Source: Lama glama (lineage: Eukaryota). From it: 64,000 nucleotides of DNA. Position 1 is the stretch's first letter; each line of letters starts with the position of its first letter. Shown here piece by piece: positions 25,632 to 38,384 of this stretch. The stretch lies in NCBI GenBank assembly GCA_028534125.1, contig CM052816.1, positions 70,558,001-70,622,000 of the forward strand. Direction: 5' to 3'. The notes beneath the pieces were generated by a model, which was given only the letters and a program-made list of their open reading frames with translations, was not told where the DNA came from and did no database searches. The position numbers were made by a program, and so were the translations under genes.

Positions 25632-26796
25632 GAAAGAGAATAGAACAGAAGTGATGAAGAATTATCAGAGTGAATTGCAGATGATAAAGCTTTTCCTTGA
25701 AATTTTATTTTTATATGTATACATATGTGTACATTGGGTAACAAAGCAAAATATATTCATTATCATGAATCATTGCCAATAAAAGTTTGAAAGCTATCAC
25801 GGTAAATCATTTGCTTTCCTTTCTATACCTTTTAATATTCTTTGTCAGTCACTTTTCCCAGTCACAATGCTCAATCAAAATGGTCCACCTTTTTTCAGTT
25901 ACGTCTCTTTCCCATTTTATCTTTGTATTTCCCATTATCAGGTCGTATCAGGGAGACTGAGAAGGTCCTTGTAAAGTTCTATGTTTAAGTTGAAAGACAA
26001 CAGTCCTTGGTGTGTCCTGTGCTCACAGGCAGCCTCGGAGTGGAACTAACTAGTGGTTTCTCATCCTAGGCTGAGAAAAGAGGGCACGTTCTCTAAGTCT
26101 CCAGATTATCAGAGAATGTGAAGAAAGAGGCTTTTTCAGTTTGCCTGGCATAACAATCCTGAAAACTTTTTTTTTGTCAGGGGAGATCTAGTTCCAAGGT
26201 AATTTGTTCCTTGACATCTTCTACCTAAGACAGTGGAGGGAATTCTGCGACTCATTACCCGAATGGAAAACGGCCATTAAAATAAAAGAAAAAATTTACA
26301 AATACAGTGAACTAATGTTTCGCTGCCATGGGTCTTGAGGCAGAGTTCCACGAAGACCTTTAAGACGGGCAAGGAGCAAAACAGGAGAAAATAAATGAAC
26401 AAAGAAGTTATTGTATAAAAACCGTCCCATAGAAGCCCAAAGTGAAAAACAAAAACAAAGACTTGAGTTAGTGCCTCCATTTTCTAAACCTGTGTCGCAG
26501 AAAAGGAATAAAACACACGGGCACATTTTTGTTCTTGCGCCCGACGCTGACTGCTGTCGGCGTCCGGCTCTCACATCAGCCGTGCCGTGTCCTTATAAAG
26601 AGAGCTTCCAGCAAACACAGTGCTATGTGAAATAGCCTTCTTAATGACAGATTTATATAATAGGGTATTATTCCATGGTGGCTGTTGTACCCAGTAAAAA
26701 CACATTAGCTATGTGATAGAAATAAACAGCAAAACCCATCACGGTGCATTTGAATTGTTGAGAAGAACCCTCAGGCTTATGAGGAAACAGTCATAC

Positions 26797-26962
26797 CTTC
26801 CAGGGCAAATATTCTTTCTCCCAGAGCTTCAACAATAGTGACTAGTGCCAGTTCATCAGAGACATTGAAGAAATGCTTTTCCATGGGTTCACTTGCAATT
26901 GATTTTATTTCCTCCACAAATTTTTCAGTGCTTATATTTTCACGCCTATAGTTGCCAAGAAT
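26797..26962 (-). CDS. ITGA1: ITGA1 exon 9 (166 bp), alphaC helix to alpha7 of the I domain
   Basis: tcttag|ATT CTT...CTG GAA G|gtatga; encodes [55 protein letters not shown]. Not in the ORF track; translated by hand. Confidence 0.96.
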
Positions 26963-27620
26963 CTAAGACACAACAAACAGGGCAAAAACATTTTTAAAAT
27001 TCTGTATGTTAAACATGAATGACAAGTGTTTTGTCGATAAACAAGAGTGTATAGTACTGTGGCATAATGCAATTTTTATGTGCTTCCACATTCTTAGAAA
27101 AATACTTTTCAGAATATGTAGATGCCCTAGTATTAACTGTTATATACTGTTAACTGCTGTAGGAAAATATAAAGGGCAATCTTGTATGTTTATGAAAGTT
27201 TCTTCTCTTGCATTCCTGTGTCCCTGTTTATTAATAGTTGTATCGTTAAAATCTGACAGTTCAAAAGTACTGTTATGGTTTCTGAATGTCTCTGATATTA
27301 TCCCAGTGACATCACCATTTTCTGGCAAAAGCAATAAGCAAGTGGATTGCTTGATCTTGAATAGGCAGTATTTTCTGAAAATCTTACCAAAGGGCAATCA
27401 GACATGTATATTTTTGAAACAGATGTTTGGGACTAAGTAGAAATCTAACTTGGCAATCTAAAAAATAAACAACTGGGATATTCCTGTTTGAAACAAAATG
27501 CTCAAGACAAGGGCTTTCTTTTTATTTGGCAAGAGAGAGAGGCAGGAATTATCTGCTAAAATTAACTAAAATTTAGATGTTCTAGCAGGTTTTCTCAAAC
27601 ATTTAGTTTATTCTTTAAAG

Positions 27621-28660
27621 TAAGGTTTATTGAGATGAAATTTATATACAATAAAGTTTACCCCTTTTAGATGTACAATTCTATGACTTTGACAAACCTG
27701 TACAGTGGTGTTACCACCACGTGGAGATTAGAATATCTCACCCCCCAAATTTCCCTCTTGCCCCTTTGTAGTCAGTCTCCTCCTCCCCTTAACTCCTCAC
27801 AAACACTGATCTATTTTCTGTCCTAATAGCTTTGCTTTTTCCAAAATGTTAAATTTAAGGAATCACACAGCATGTACCTTTTGAATCTGGTTTCTTTCAC
27901 TTTGCATAATGCTTTTAGAGTCATCCATGTTGTCACCTGGATCACTAATTCAGTCTTCTGTATTGCTGAGCAGGATGCCATTGTAGAGATGCATAATTTA
28001 TTTGTTGAAAACATTTGAGTTGTTTTCAGTTTGAAATGACTATGAATAAAGCTGCTATAAATATTGGTACTCAGGTCTTTGTGTGGACATATGTTTTCTT
28101 TTGTGTGTAGTGCAGATCTAGGAATGAGAGTGCTGGGTTTTACAGTAAGTGTATGTTTAACTCTGTAAGAAACTGCCAAACTGTCATCCAGAGTAATTGT
28201 TCCATGTTGCCATTTTGCCTTTGCCACAAGCTGCGTATGAGAGACCCAGCTGCTTTGCATCCCTGACAACACTTGGTATTATCAGTTTTACTCTTTGCTT
28301 GCTTGTTTCAGTTATAGCAATTCTACTGGTGTGTGTAGTGGCATCTCATTTAATTTACATTGCCCTGATGGCTGATGATATTGAGACTTTTTCATGTGCT
28401 TATTTGCCATAGTATTTCCTTTTTTGGTGTGGTCTCTATTCAAATCTCCTGCTAGTTAAAAAAAAAATGGATTGTTTATTTTCCCATTATTTAGTTGTGA
28501 GACTCTGTATATATCCCGGATACAAGTCCTTTATGTGTTTTGCAAACGTTTTCTCCCAGTCTGTATATTGTCTTTTCCTTTTACAGTATCATTTGAAGAG
28601 TAGACTTTTTTAGTTTTGATGAAGCCCAACTAATCTTTTTTTTTTTAATGGTTTGTTTTT
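27621..28660 (-). mobile_element. Old L1 3' end (L1MB/L1MC-type)
   Basis: Reverse L1 motifs 'tttattgagatgaaatttatatacaataa', 'atgaataaagctgctataaatatt', 'gaaactgccaaactg'. Confidence 0.85.
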
Positions 28661-29099
28661 CTTCCTAAAAATTTAGTTGTTAAGGTAAACATTTCTTAAA
28701 ATTTAGAAATGAATATGAAAATGTTCCAGTTAAAGTAAATGAAAAAAATCTTACAAAAAAAATATGTAAATTAAAAAGGCAAAAAAAGTAAAAAAAAAAA
28801 CCTCAATATGCAGATAGGGCATTTCTATTTTTTTAATTGCATAAAGATGGCATTAAGAAAATGGCATTATGGACATTTAGAAAAATAGGAAGATTTTTAA
28901 GGAAAAAATTTGGTAGAATGTGTACCGTGTTTTGTTATTTTTTATTTCTATTAGATTGTGTTTCCTTCTAATTTGTGCTTTAATTTTTTTTATAATTTTT
29001 TCAGTAAGAACATTACTTTTGTAATAAGAGAGAAATATTTCATTTTTACCTCATTGCAAGTGTTACCTGAAGATTACCACCTCGGTTTTTATATTTTTT

Positions 29100-29570
29100 T
29101 AATCAGCAGTTATGGCTCCATTATTTATAATAATCCACACTGGAAATGACCCAAATGCCCATAATCAGTAGAGTGTAGAACAAATTGTGGTATATATAAT
29201 GGGTAAGAAAAATAAAGAATGAATCACTAGTACAGAAAATATCATGGCTATTTGCTATGTCGAGTGAAAAGCTAAACACTACAGAGCAGAGACTGTATGA
29301 TTTCGTTTATATAAAATAGAAAAGGCAACCGAAGCTATGGTGGTAAAAGTCACATCAGTGGCTGTGGAAGGTGAGTATTAAAAGCGAAAGAAAGCACGAG
29401 GGAACTTTCTGGGGTTGATGGAAATGTTCTCTGTCTTAATTAGTGTCAATTATGTGGATGTGTACAACTGTGTACAACTGTCAAAACTCATCAGTTGTTC
29501 ACTTTGTACACAGTGTTCACATTGAAATTTTACATTTCACTATGTTACTTCAATTTTGAAAAATTAAATG
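29100..29570 (+). mobile_element. Old L1 3' end (L1MD/L1ME-type)
   Basis: 'actggaaatgacccaaatgccc...aacaaattgtggtatat...ggaactttctggggttgatggaaatgttct'. Confidence 0.8.
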
Positions 29571-31039
29571 ACCTATAATGCTATGGAAAAATATGGAGGA
29601 ATCTTAGCAGGAGTAAGTTTTAAAAGTTTTGAAATATTGTATACAGCATGATAGTCTTTTTATAAAGTTAAAAATAAAGAACCCTTTTTAAAATTTTTTT
29701 CAGATAGTACAGCTATCAAAAGACTGTTTAGAAAGAGCAAGAGATGATAAGTGCAGGATTTGGGCTGATGGTTACTAGGTGGAGCAAGGCAGGTGGTGAA
29801 TGTGGTCAGATGTAAGTTGTCAGAGGACCAAGCTAGGGTCTCATTTTGGGTAGTATGTCCGTGGATGCTTATAATGTTACTAAAATAAGTATGCAGGTAC
29901 GATTATAAACACAGAAACAAATAAAGTGGGCCATGCTTTGACAATGATGAGAAAGGGCAAGAAATACTGAATCTGTGGCCAGACACAATGTAAGAGTGGT
30001 ATAAGATTAATTTAAAATTAAGAAGCAGTCCATGGATAGAAACTTTCCACTGAAGTCTTTCTAATGCTGTCAATGCTACTGATGCTCATGGCCCACATCT
30101 TTGGTGCCTGGAATGCTAGACTGTATTCTCTGGGGGAGGCCAAACAGATGATGGCACTTTTGATACCTAGTTGTGTGGGACAAATAAGCCTTCATGAGCT
30201 TTGCATACTAAAGAGACCAGGCATTGACTCCAATTGTGGACGGTATCTCTGCGTGAAGCCTGGACCACATGGAATTATTCTCAGCCACAGAAAAGATCAA
30301 AATGCTTACAGTAACAGGGGAGGTAATAATGTATTGAATAATAGTTGGCACAAGATAACTTACAGAAGTAACAACAAAAGGAAAAAAATATAATGGGATG
30401 TTTTAATTTTTTCTGTTACATCTTGTACCCCAAATGAAAAAGAAAATGTTGCAGTCAGAAGTTATCATTGTTTATAACCTAGTCATCTTGTTTATAAAAT
30501 AAGTAGAGTCCCCTTGCCCCAGGGGAGCAGTGAGCCAGTTGTGTGTTCTGGGGTTTCATCAGGGATGAATCTTTTTCTTCACTACCTACAATTGGCTGTC
30601 TTTCACTTTTGAAAGGAAAGAAGGAAATCTCACTGACTAAATGCTGAAAAGCGATTGTGGGCAATATCAGTTATTACTTACTATAAATAAAAGATTTTGC
30701 TGAAAGACAATTTCAGTTGTACTCTTAGAGTTCTGAAATGTTTTGTTCCCTGACTTTTTTTTTTTTAAATCAATGTATATTAAGACTTTCTAGTCTCTGG
30801 GGGAAAATCTGAAGGTTTCTGAGTAAGGGGGCAACATAATTTATCTCTAAGGTTCCTTCTAATTTGAAAACACTATTTTGTTTTATTTTTATTATATCAT
30901 GGTTGCAAACTCCTCGAGATAAAGATCCTTAAGGAAAATAATATTTATTAGTTGCCTAGCCTGCATTGTGCTACATGTTTTCACAGTCATGTCTCACCAA
31001 TTCTCTGAGACAGAGAAAGAGAAATGGTATTATTCTATT

Positions 31040-31140
31040 TAATAGAGGAAGTTGGAGTACGAAGTCACTTACCCAGTGCCACACAGCCCGCACATGGCAA
31101 GGGCAGAATTTGAACAAAGGTCTTTCTGGCTCCAAAATAT
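31040..31140 (-). mobile_element. MIR SINE fragment
   Basis: 'aagtcacttacccagtgccacacagc...ggcagaatttgaacaaaggtctttctggctcc'. Confidence 0.7.
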
Positions 31141-31419
31141 AGTTCTCCTCTGCCCTTTCCCTACCCCCACCCTTCTGCTTCTCATTTCTGGCAAATGTCC
31201 ACAAGTCCTTTGTTGTTTAAGATTGTGACACATCAGTGTCTCTGTGCTGATGTCTTCTTTGTTCTGGTGAAAAGCAGAGTGGTGACATGGAAAGGACTGT
31301 GGTGCCCTTGGGAACACATGGACACAGGTGATGATGGCTCTGCAGCACCATCGAGAGACCGGTGGCAGCATGAGAGAAAACAGGGAAGACCAGCCCAGGG
31401 CAGTGGGTCACATGATGAG

Positions 31420-31610
31420 TCAAGGGGGGAGTCTGGACTTGGCCATGTGGCCTTCAGCCGAGGGCCTGCTGGACCTTGGTTTCCTCATTCATAAAATGGG
31501 GAAAGTGAAAGATGTCCTACATTCTTTGGGGGTGCCATGAGGGACAAAGAAAGGTACGTAGGACACAGGTATGAAAAGCCACTGTAGGTTACAAAGTGCT
31601 GTATAAGTGG
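31420..31610 (+). mobile_element. MIR SINE fragment
   Basis: 'ccttggtttcctcattcataaaatgggg...aaagtgctgtataagtg'. Confidence 0.65.
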
Positions 31611-31827
31611 TAATTTAACCACTTTTCCATGTTTGAAAAAGGTGGAATTTTTATGTCTCTTTTTCTGAATGTCCCTCTTCGTGGGGTCGCACCATGAAAA
31701 CTGAGTCAACTGATTTCACGGAACTATTAGAAGTTGATTTAGAAAAAAAAATCACTAATAAGGGCTATAAAGTATTCAGACAGTCTCTTATTTTTTTTTT
31801 TTGCATTTTGAGGGACAAATATTATTA

Positions 31828-31945
31828 TTATTTAAAAAATATTTTAGACTCTTTTTTTTTTTTAAACGGAGGTCCTATGGATTAAACCCAGGACCTCACG
31901 CATGCTAAGCATGCGCTCTACTGCTGAGCTATACCCACCCTCCCA
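31828..31945 (-). mobile_element. tRNA-Ala-derived SINE, camelid Vic-1 type
   Basis: Minus strand GGGAGGGTGGGTATAGCTCAGCAGTAGAGCGCATGCTTAGCATGCGTGAGGTCCTGGGTTTAATCCATAGGACCTCC plus A tail; A/B boxes, AGC anticodon; ~17-bp imperfect TSD agggacaaatattatta/agggacatttattatta. Confidence 0.85.
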
Positions 31946-32565
31946 AGGGACATTTATTATTAATAACAGACTACTTTGTATTGATACAAGTTTGCTCACA
32001 AAGAGCACAAATACTTTATATGTAATATTTTCTACGTCATTAAAGGGGGGCTACTTTTTCCATGGAATGAAAGGAAATTTCTTCTTTGCTGATCCTTTGC
32101 CCTTCTTGTCCACCCTAAACGCAACTCTAGAGAAAATGTATTTCTATAGCTGTGGGCTGCTTCACTTAGGCGGCACAGTCTGGGGTTATGAAGTGGAGAA
32201 GGAATGGCTGCGTACAGAGTGCAGGAGCAACGGCACTATCTCCTGATTCCTCTCTGTGTCACCAGTGATGCCAAGAGGTGGCCGGTGCAGAGGAGCACCC
32301 GTGACCACAGAACCCCGTAAGAAAGCTGTGCCACAGCAGGCACCCTTCTCCTAAGTCCCAGCGTAGACTGCCCAGGCTAGACAAAACATTAGGTGACCTT
32401 TTGCTTCTTCCCTACAACTCAAAGAGCTGTAAGCGTGGGAATATCATAGTAGACTTACAGTAAATTACGGTAAGAGTCACATCCTGCTTTTCCACTCCCC
32501 CAGTTTACGGGAAATTGTTGATTAGCAGACAGTTTTTATTTTATTCCCTAGCATGTCTTCAGTTT

Positions 32566-32777
32566 TCGTCTTCCTCCTCCCTCCTTTTCTCCCTCCCTTT
32601 CTCCCCCTCTTCTCTTGATCCCTCCCTCCATTCCTCTTTTCCCTCTTCCTCTTTTCCTCCTTTTTTCCACTCCCTATTTCGGTCCCTTTCTTCCTCTCAC
32701 CTTCCCTTCCTTCCTCTTATGCATTTCTCCCTTCGCCCTCCTTTTATCTTTCTTTCTTTCCTTCCCTCTTTTCTTTC
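32566..32777. repeat. CT-rich polypyrimidine low-complexity tract
   Basis: About 210 bp almost entirely C/T on the + strand. Confidence 0.9.
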
Positions 32778-32980
32778 AGTGATTGTTGAGTCTCCGTTTG
32801 CCTGGCACTGTGTTGGGCACCAAGGACACAAAATCCTACCCCCCCAGAGTTGACCTCCAAATGGAGAAGTTTCTTTTTTTGTCAAGCTTGTCTGTATAAC
32901 TTCCAGAAAATAACCATGATCTGTGCTCGGCTCTTCTCTTCACACCGGAGTCTGAAAGCTGTCTCCAGCCCGGTACTTAC

Positions 32981-33131
32981 AGCTATGGAAAACCGCTGAA
33001 TGCCTTCATCCTCACAGTCCTGGATGACCTGGTTCAGTCGGTAGTTGTCATGGGACTCTCCATCAGTCACAATCACCATGACTTTTTTAATCCCTCTTCG
33101 GGCACCCCGGGCTTCAGTGAAAGCCTCTTTC
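32981..33131 (-). CDS. ITGA1: ITGA1 exon 8 (151 bp), alpha-I domain (TDGES)
   Basis: tttcag|G AAA GAG...ATA GCT|gtaagt; encodes [50 protein letters not shown]. Confidence 0.97.
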
Positions 33132-33922
33132 CTGAAATAATCACAGGAACAAAAGAGAAGCAAATAAAACACCACTGCAGGGTTAGGCAAAGTGATAAAC
33201 AACATGAAGAGGCTGCCAAATCCAGGTGGCCCACTGCTTTCCCTCCGGGATCACGCCCACTGTTCAAGTTGGGAGGCATGGCGCTTGTTATTTGTAATAG
33301 CTGAAGATTTACTCCAGATGATGGAGAGGCTACCGTTTGGCTAATCACTATCTATTCCAGAAACAAAAGGCAGCAGCCTGTCATTCTTTGGAAAACTTCA
33401 ACGGGGTCGGGGAGTGACTGGAGCATAAGTCAGATTGAGAGAAGTTCAGATTTTTAATCTTTTCCCAGCCACTCATTTCTCTGTAAACACTCCTTTCCTT
33501 GCTCCACAGGTCTCCTCTTCTGCTTTAGTCCTCACTTCCCCGACACCTGCTCTGACATTCGTAGAACAGCGTGGAAATCCTCTGAGCTGCAGAGGGGGTG
33601 TCCTGCAGAAAACAGAATATTTGTATGGCTGGGATATGGGGCGAAAATTCAGACATAGGGATGAAAGACTGCAGGTGGCAGTGGTCTGAGTCAGTGACAG
33701 AGCAGGGCGATATGGGGCAAGAAGGGGTCAGGATAGCTATGAAAGGTTTGGTCTGAATTAGGTTTTAGGACACAGGCTGCTGGGGGTGGGTGGGAGGAGG
33801 GGGCATGGAAAAATGCTAGAAACTAATGTCAAAGAATGGAATTTTGATTTAATTCAGTAAGCATTTATGGGAAGAAGTGGAAGATGGGGAAACTGACAAC
33901 TGTTGTTTGTTTCATGCCTTCT

Positions 33923-33983
33923 ACACAGACACACAGACACACTCACACACACACACACTCACACACACACACATACACACACA
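33923..33983. repeat. Interrupted (CA)n microsatellite
   Basis: Read directly. Confidence 0.9.
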
Positions 33984-36640
33984 GAGGCACCCTTTCCCTC
34001 TTTTTATTATTTTCTTTCACTCAACTCACTTTTCTCTCTGGAGTCTTGGAAAGAAGAGTACTTTTCACTTAGGACTGAAACAATGAATGGATTTCATATA
34101 ATATTTTTTAGATTTTGGTATAAAATGTAGCAATCATTGTACAGAATAGTCCATTTACAAATTTTACTTTGGTCATAAGGACAAACAGCTGCAGTTTGGA
34201 ATCTACCAAAGAAACAGCTCTCTTTAATCTTCCAGCAGTTTGTCACAGAACACATTAGTTCTACGGCAGATACACAGTAAATGCAGAAAAGTGGATACTT
34301 TGTGAGGGAGAGAGGATCCTGGTGATTGAGCAAAGAGATTTTATCTGTGTTAATTTTTTCCTTTAAAAGGACTTACAGCAAATACGACAAGATGTTAAGA
34401 ATTGTTGATTCTGTTTGATGCGTACATAGGATTTTGTTGTACTGTTTTTCTGTATTTTCAAATTTTCGTAAAATTTGCAAAAGAAAAAAGACTATTTTAA
34501 AAAATACTGATCACTGGGAAACTGTGTATCTCTGCCCTCTACAGTATACATACAGATTTTCTGACTGCGTGATATGCACAAAGATGAAAACAGATGTTAA
34601 AGGGCTAGTCTTTAAATGAAGTTCAGACAAGGAGATTCAATCCTTTTTACAGTTCTAATTCCTTAGAGGACCCCCAAAACTTTCTAATGCCCTTGAAGAT
34701 CAAGGCCATAACTGAATGGATATTAGCTGAAGGAGAGATTAAAAGACCTTCCTTAAAGAAAATCCGGTAGCTTTGAAACCAGGGCTGGCTGTATATGAAT
34801 AGCATTGGCAGAACTCTTGAGTATATACTTTCTGTTTCAAATATCTTCAGCAAATTGCCCTTGATCCCCAATTACCACCATCCAGTATTCTTTCTTTAAA
34901 TGAAGCATTGACCTCTCTGCCTGCTTTTAAATATTAACATATCCCAGGAAAATCCCTTCCTTTGGGACAGGAGAATCCAGGCCTTATGGTTAAACACTTG
35001 TGAACCTACTGAAATGAAAGGAAATTTGGGATAAGGGGACACAAAAATGTTTTGAACTGGGAGACACTGGAAATGGAAGTATAGGATTCTAAAAAATTGG
35101 ATATATTGTTTGCAACTGGCCTTGCCTGAAAGGAATAAAGAACAAGTGAAAATAAACTTAGACATGAAAAACTAATATACAAGAAGGGTACTTAGTAGTC
35201 ACATTATGGAGTTTTATTCATATACAAAACGCCATAAACTGTGTCCTCCAGCCAGACCCTCTGTGAACCACGTAGGCAGAAACCATATACGGATGTGGTG
35301 TTTAGAGTGGTATTTATGCAGGAGCAAAAGCAGCCAGAACATTTCTTCAGTTAGTTTTCAAAGATGAATATTCACCCTTAAGCGGTTGCCTTGGAAAACA
35401 CACAGCTCCCTATATACTCGGACCTTTCAAAGAACATTTTGATTTCCTTTGAATGTGCGATCACCTTCAGTCCATTATTTAAGCATGTGCATTCAGCACA
35501 CCTGAACATGTGCCCTTTTGTGCATGCAAACTGGTGATCCTATTGGCTGGTGAATGTAAAATTACCCCATCTGTTTGTGGTTATTTTCTCATGGGCCCCA
35601 TATAACTAGAACCACATGCTTTTCTAACATTTATGAGTCTAAAGCTGCATGTGAAATTTTAAAATTTTGAAAATCCAACCCATCCTTTCAAGTATCCGTA
35701 TTAACTAATTTAGCCCCCTTAAAACACTGATCTTAGCAGGCAGGCAAAGTGAGAGCATGGGAATTAGCTCTTCAGAATCAGGTGAGAGTCCAGAAGTTGA
35801 AGGCACTTAACAGAAGGATCCTTGACATTAGTCAAACTGCTTATCAGATTTCCTGTGATTTTGGTATTATTTAGTTTTTGTTCAGAAGTTTTCATGATGA
35901 TTAAGGGGAGAAACAGCAAGAGTTAAGCGCTGAATGAGATCAGAAAAAATACAGAAAAGAGAATGTTCTACATTGTTGAAAAAAAAAAGGCACAGTCCTG
36001 TACGTTCTTATAGAATGAAGTTCAACCACAAGGTGAATTATACTCTATGAAGGAGACTGCAGAAGGAAGGAAGGAAGGGATGAGAATTAGAGGGAATCTG
36101 GAGAAAGTAAGGAAGAAAGAGAGAGTGCACAAATGATGAAATCCTTTCCACCTCTTTCAATCTTTTCACTGAAAATGATTTCAAATAATACAACATTTGA
36201 TTTACCCTCTTAAAAATTCTTATTTGAGGGCTTCAGTAGCCCTAAATCTGTAAGATGCTGTGAAATTATAGACATATTAGGATATAAATATATATTGAGT
36301 AGAAGTGGACTAATTTTAATCCATTTTTAAAAATTGAGATTCCTTGAAGCCGAAAACAAAGAATAAAGGGAAAATATAATATTATGTCTTGGTACCCAGG
36401 AATGTGATGCAGTAGACTACAGTGATTTCTTGGACTGATTCTCCATCAATCAAAGCCTTGGAATAAGAGGAAAGATAAGGAGAGTGGTGAGATTGTTAAT
36501 ATAGAAAAACTTGATCTTATAACTATTAGCTGATCAGCTGAATTTAGTTTCAAAGATGGCTTTAAATATTGCTAAGGTAACTGTTCAGTTAATACTCCAA
36601 AGGGCTAGATCATAAGTGGTTAGTTTTGCACAGTCTTTTA

Positions 36641-36877
<237 letters not shown>

Positions 36878-37288
36878 TTAAAACATGCAGATCAGATGTA
36901 ATAATACATTTTAGTCTTTCAGGCAAGTTTAAAACTCTATCAGGGCACAAATCTTTCTACGACAGCAGTGATCACTGCCATTTACACAAGTGAGAGTGCT
37001 GTTATGAAACTTCACGTGGTTGGTTTATCTCTTCAACTGTTTTTACTGAATGACTCTTGTAGGCTTGGGGTGAGGGTGGCGGTTAGAACATGAAACACAC
37101 TGACGTGGCCTCTGCCTTCATGGAGCTTCTACACTAGAGGAGAAGGGAGATTAAACACAAAATCATTCAAATACATGTTCAATTGCAAACTGTGCAAAGG
37201 GATGTAACAGAAAAGCTATTATTAGCAAGTATAAGCTAGGAGCCGAATTTTAAATGGGGGCTAAGGGAAGGCCTTTCAAAAGTTGTAC

Positions 37289-37634
37289 TTACAGACTCAC
37301 AGACATAGAAAACAAACTTATAGTTAACAGGGAGGGTGGAAAGGGATAAACTGGGAGTTTGAGATTTGCATATATATATATATAACATATCGAGATTTGC
37401 AGATATATGTTTGTCTGCAGATTATATTATATATATGTAATATAATATATATAAAATAGATAAACAACAAGTTCATACTGTATAGCACACGGAACTATAT
37501 TCACTATCTTATAGTAACTTATGGTGAAAAAGAATATGAAAACAAATATATGTATGTTCCCATATGACTGAATCACTATGCTGTGCACCAGAAATTGACA
37601 CAACATTGTAAACTGACTATACTCCAATAAAAAT
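37289..37634 (+). mobile_element. 5'-truncated, relatively young L1 3'UTR, inserted in minus-strand L2 sequence
   Basis: 'acagactcacagacatagaaaacaaactta...actgtatagcac...aacattgtaaactgactatactccaataaaa'; homologous to 25325-25610 and 55980-56140. Confidence 0.85.
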
Positions 37635-37876
37635 ACACACACAGAGATATGGCTGGGAGGGTGATGGCTGACAGGGAGGATAATGTCCACACAAAGGGAA
37701 TGGTGCCTGTGAGGAAGCTGAGATGTGAAAGAGGCAGGTGCTCTAGGAACAAAAGGCCAGTGAGCCTGGACCCGCTGGGACAGGACAGCGGAGCAAGATG
37801 AAGCTAGACTAACAAGCAGGGGTATGTCTGGCAGGGACACACACTTGCTTCGTGCTTTCTGTAGCTCAGCTGTCAC

Positions 37877-38376
37877 NNNNNNNNNNNNNNNNNNNNNNNN
37901 NNNNNNNNNNNNNNNNNNNNNNNNNNNNNNNNNNNNNNNNNNNNNNNNNNNNNNNNNNNNNNNNNNNNNNNNNNNNNNNNNNNNNNNNNNNNNNNNNNNN
38001 NNNNNNNNNNNNNNNNNNNNNNNNNNNNNNNNNNNNNNNNNNNNNNNNNNNNNNNNNNNNNNNNNNNNNNNNNNNNNNNNNNNNNNNNNNNNNNNNNNNN
38101 NNNNNNNNNNNNNNNNNNNNNNNNNNNNNNNNNNNNNNNNNNNNNNNNNNNNNNNNNNNNNNNNNNNNNNNNNNNNNNNNNNNNNNNNNNNNNNNNNNNN
38201 NNNNNNNNNNNNNNNNNNNNNNNNNNNNNNNNNNNNNNNNNNNNNNNNNNNNNNNNNNNNNNNNNNNNNNNNNNNNNNNNNNNNNNNNNNNNNNNNNNNN
38301 NNNNNNNNNNNNNNNNNNNNNNNNNNNNNNNNNNNNNNNNNNNNNNNNNNNNNNNNNNNNNNNNNNNNNNNNNNNN
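37877..38376. other. Assembly gap (500 N) in intron 6
   Basis: Run of N; the round length suggests a placeholder of unknown true size. Confidence 0.99.
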
Positions 38377-38384
38377 GACTTTAG

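Noticed and set aside
27140..27397. 85-aa minus-strand ORF with an acceptor-like ttttgccag upstream of exon 9, as a possible extra exon
   Set aside because: No convincing donor and no recognisable homology; exons 8 and 9 already join without missing residues.
31867..31944. tRNA-Ala(AGC) gene
   Set aside because: Degenerate arms, an A tail and a TSD indicate a SINE, not a functional tRNA.
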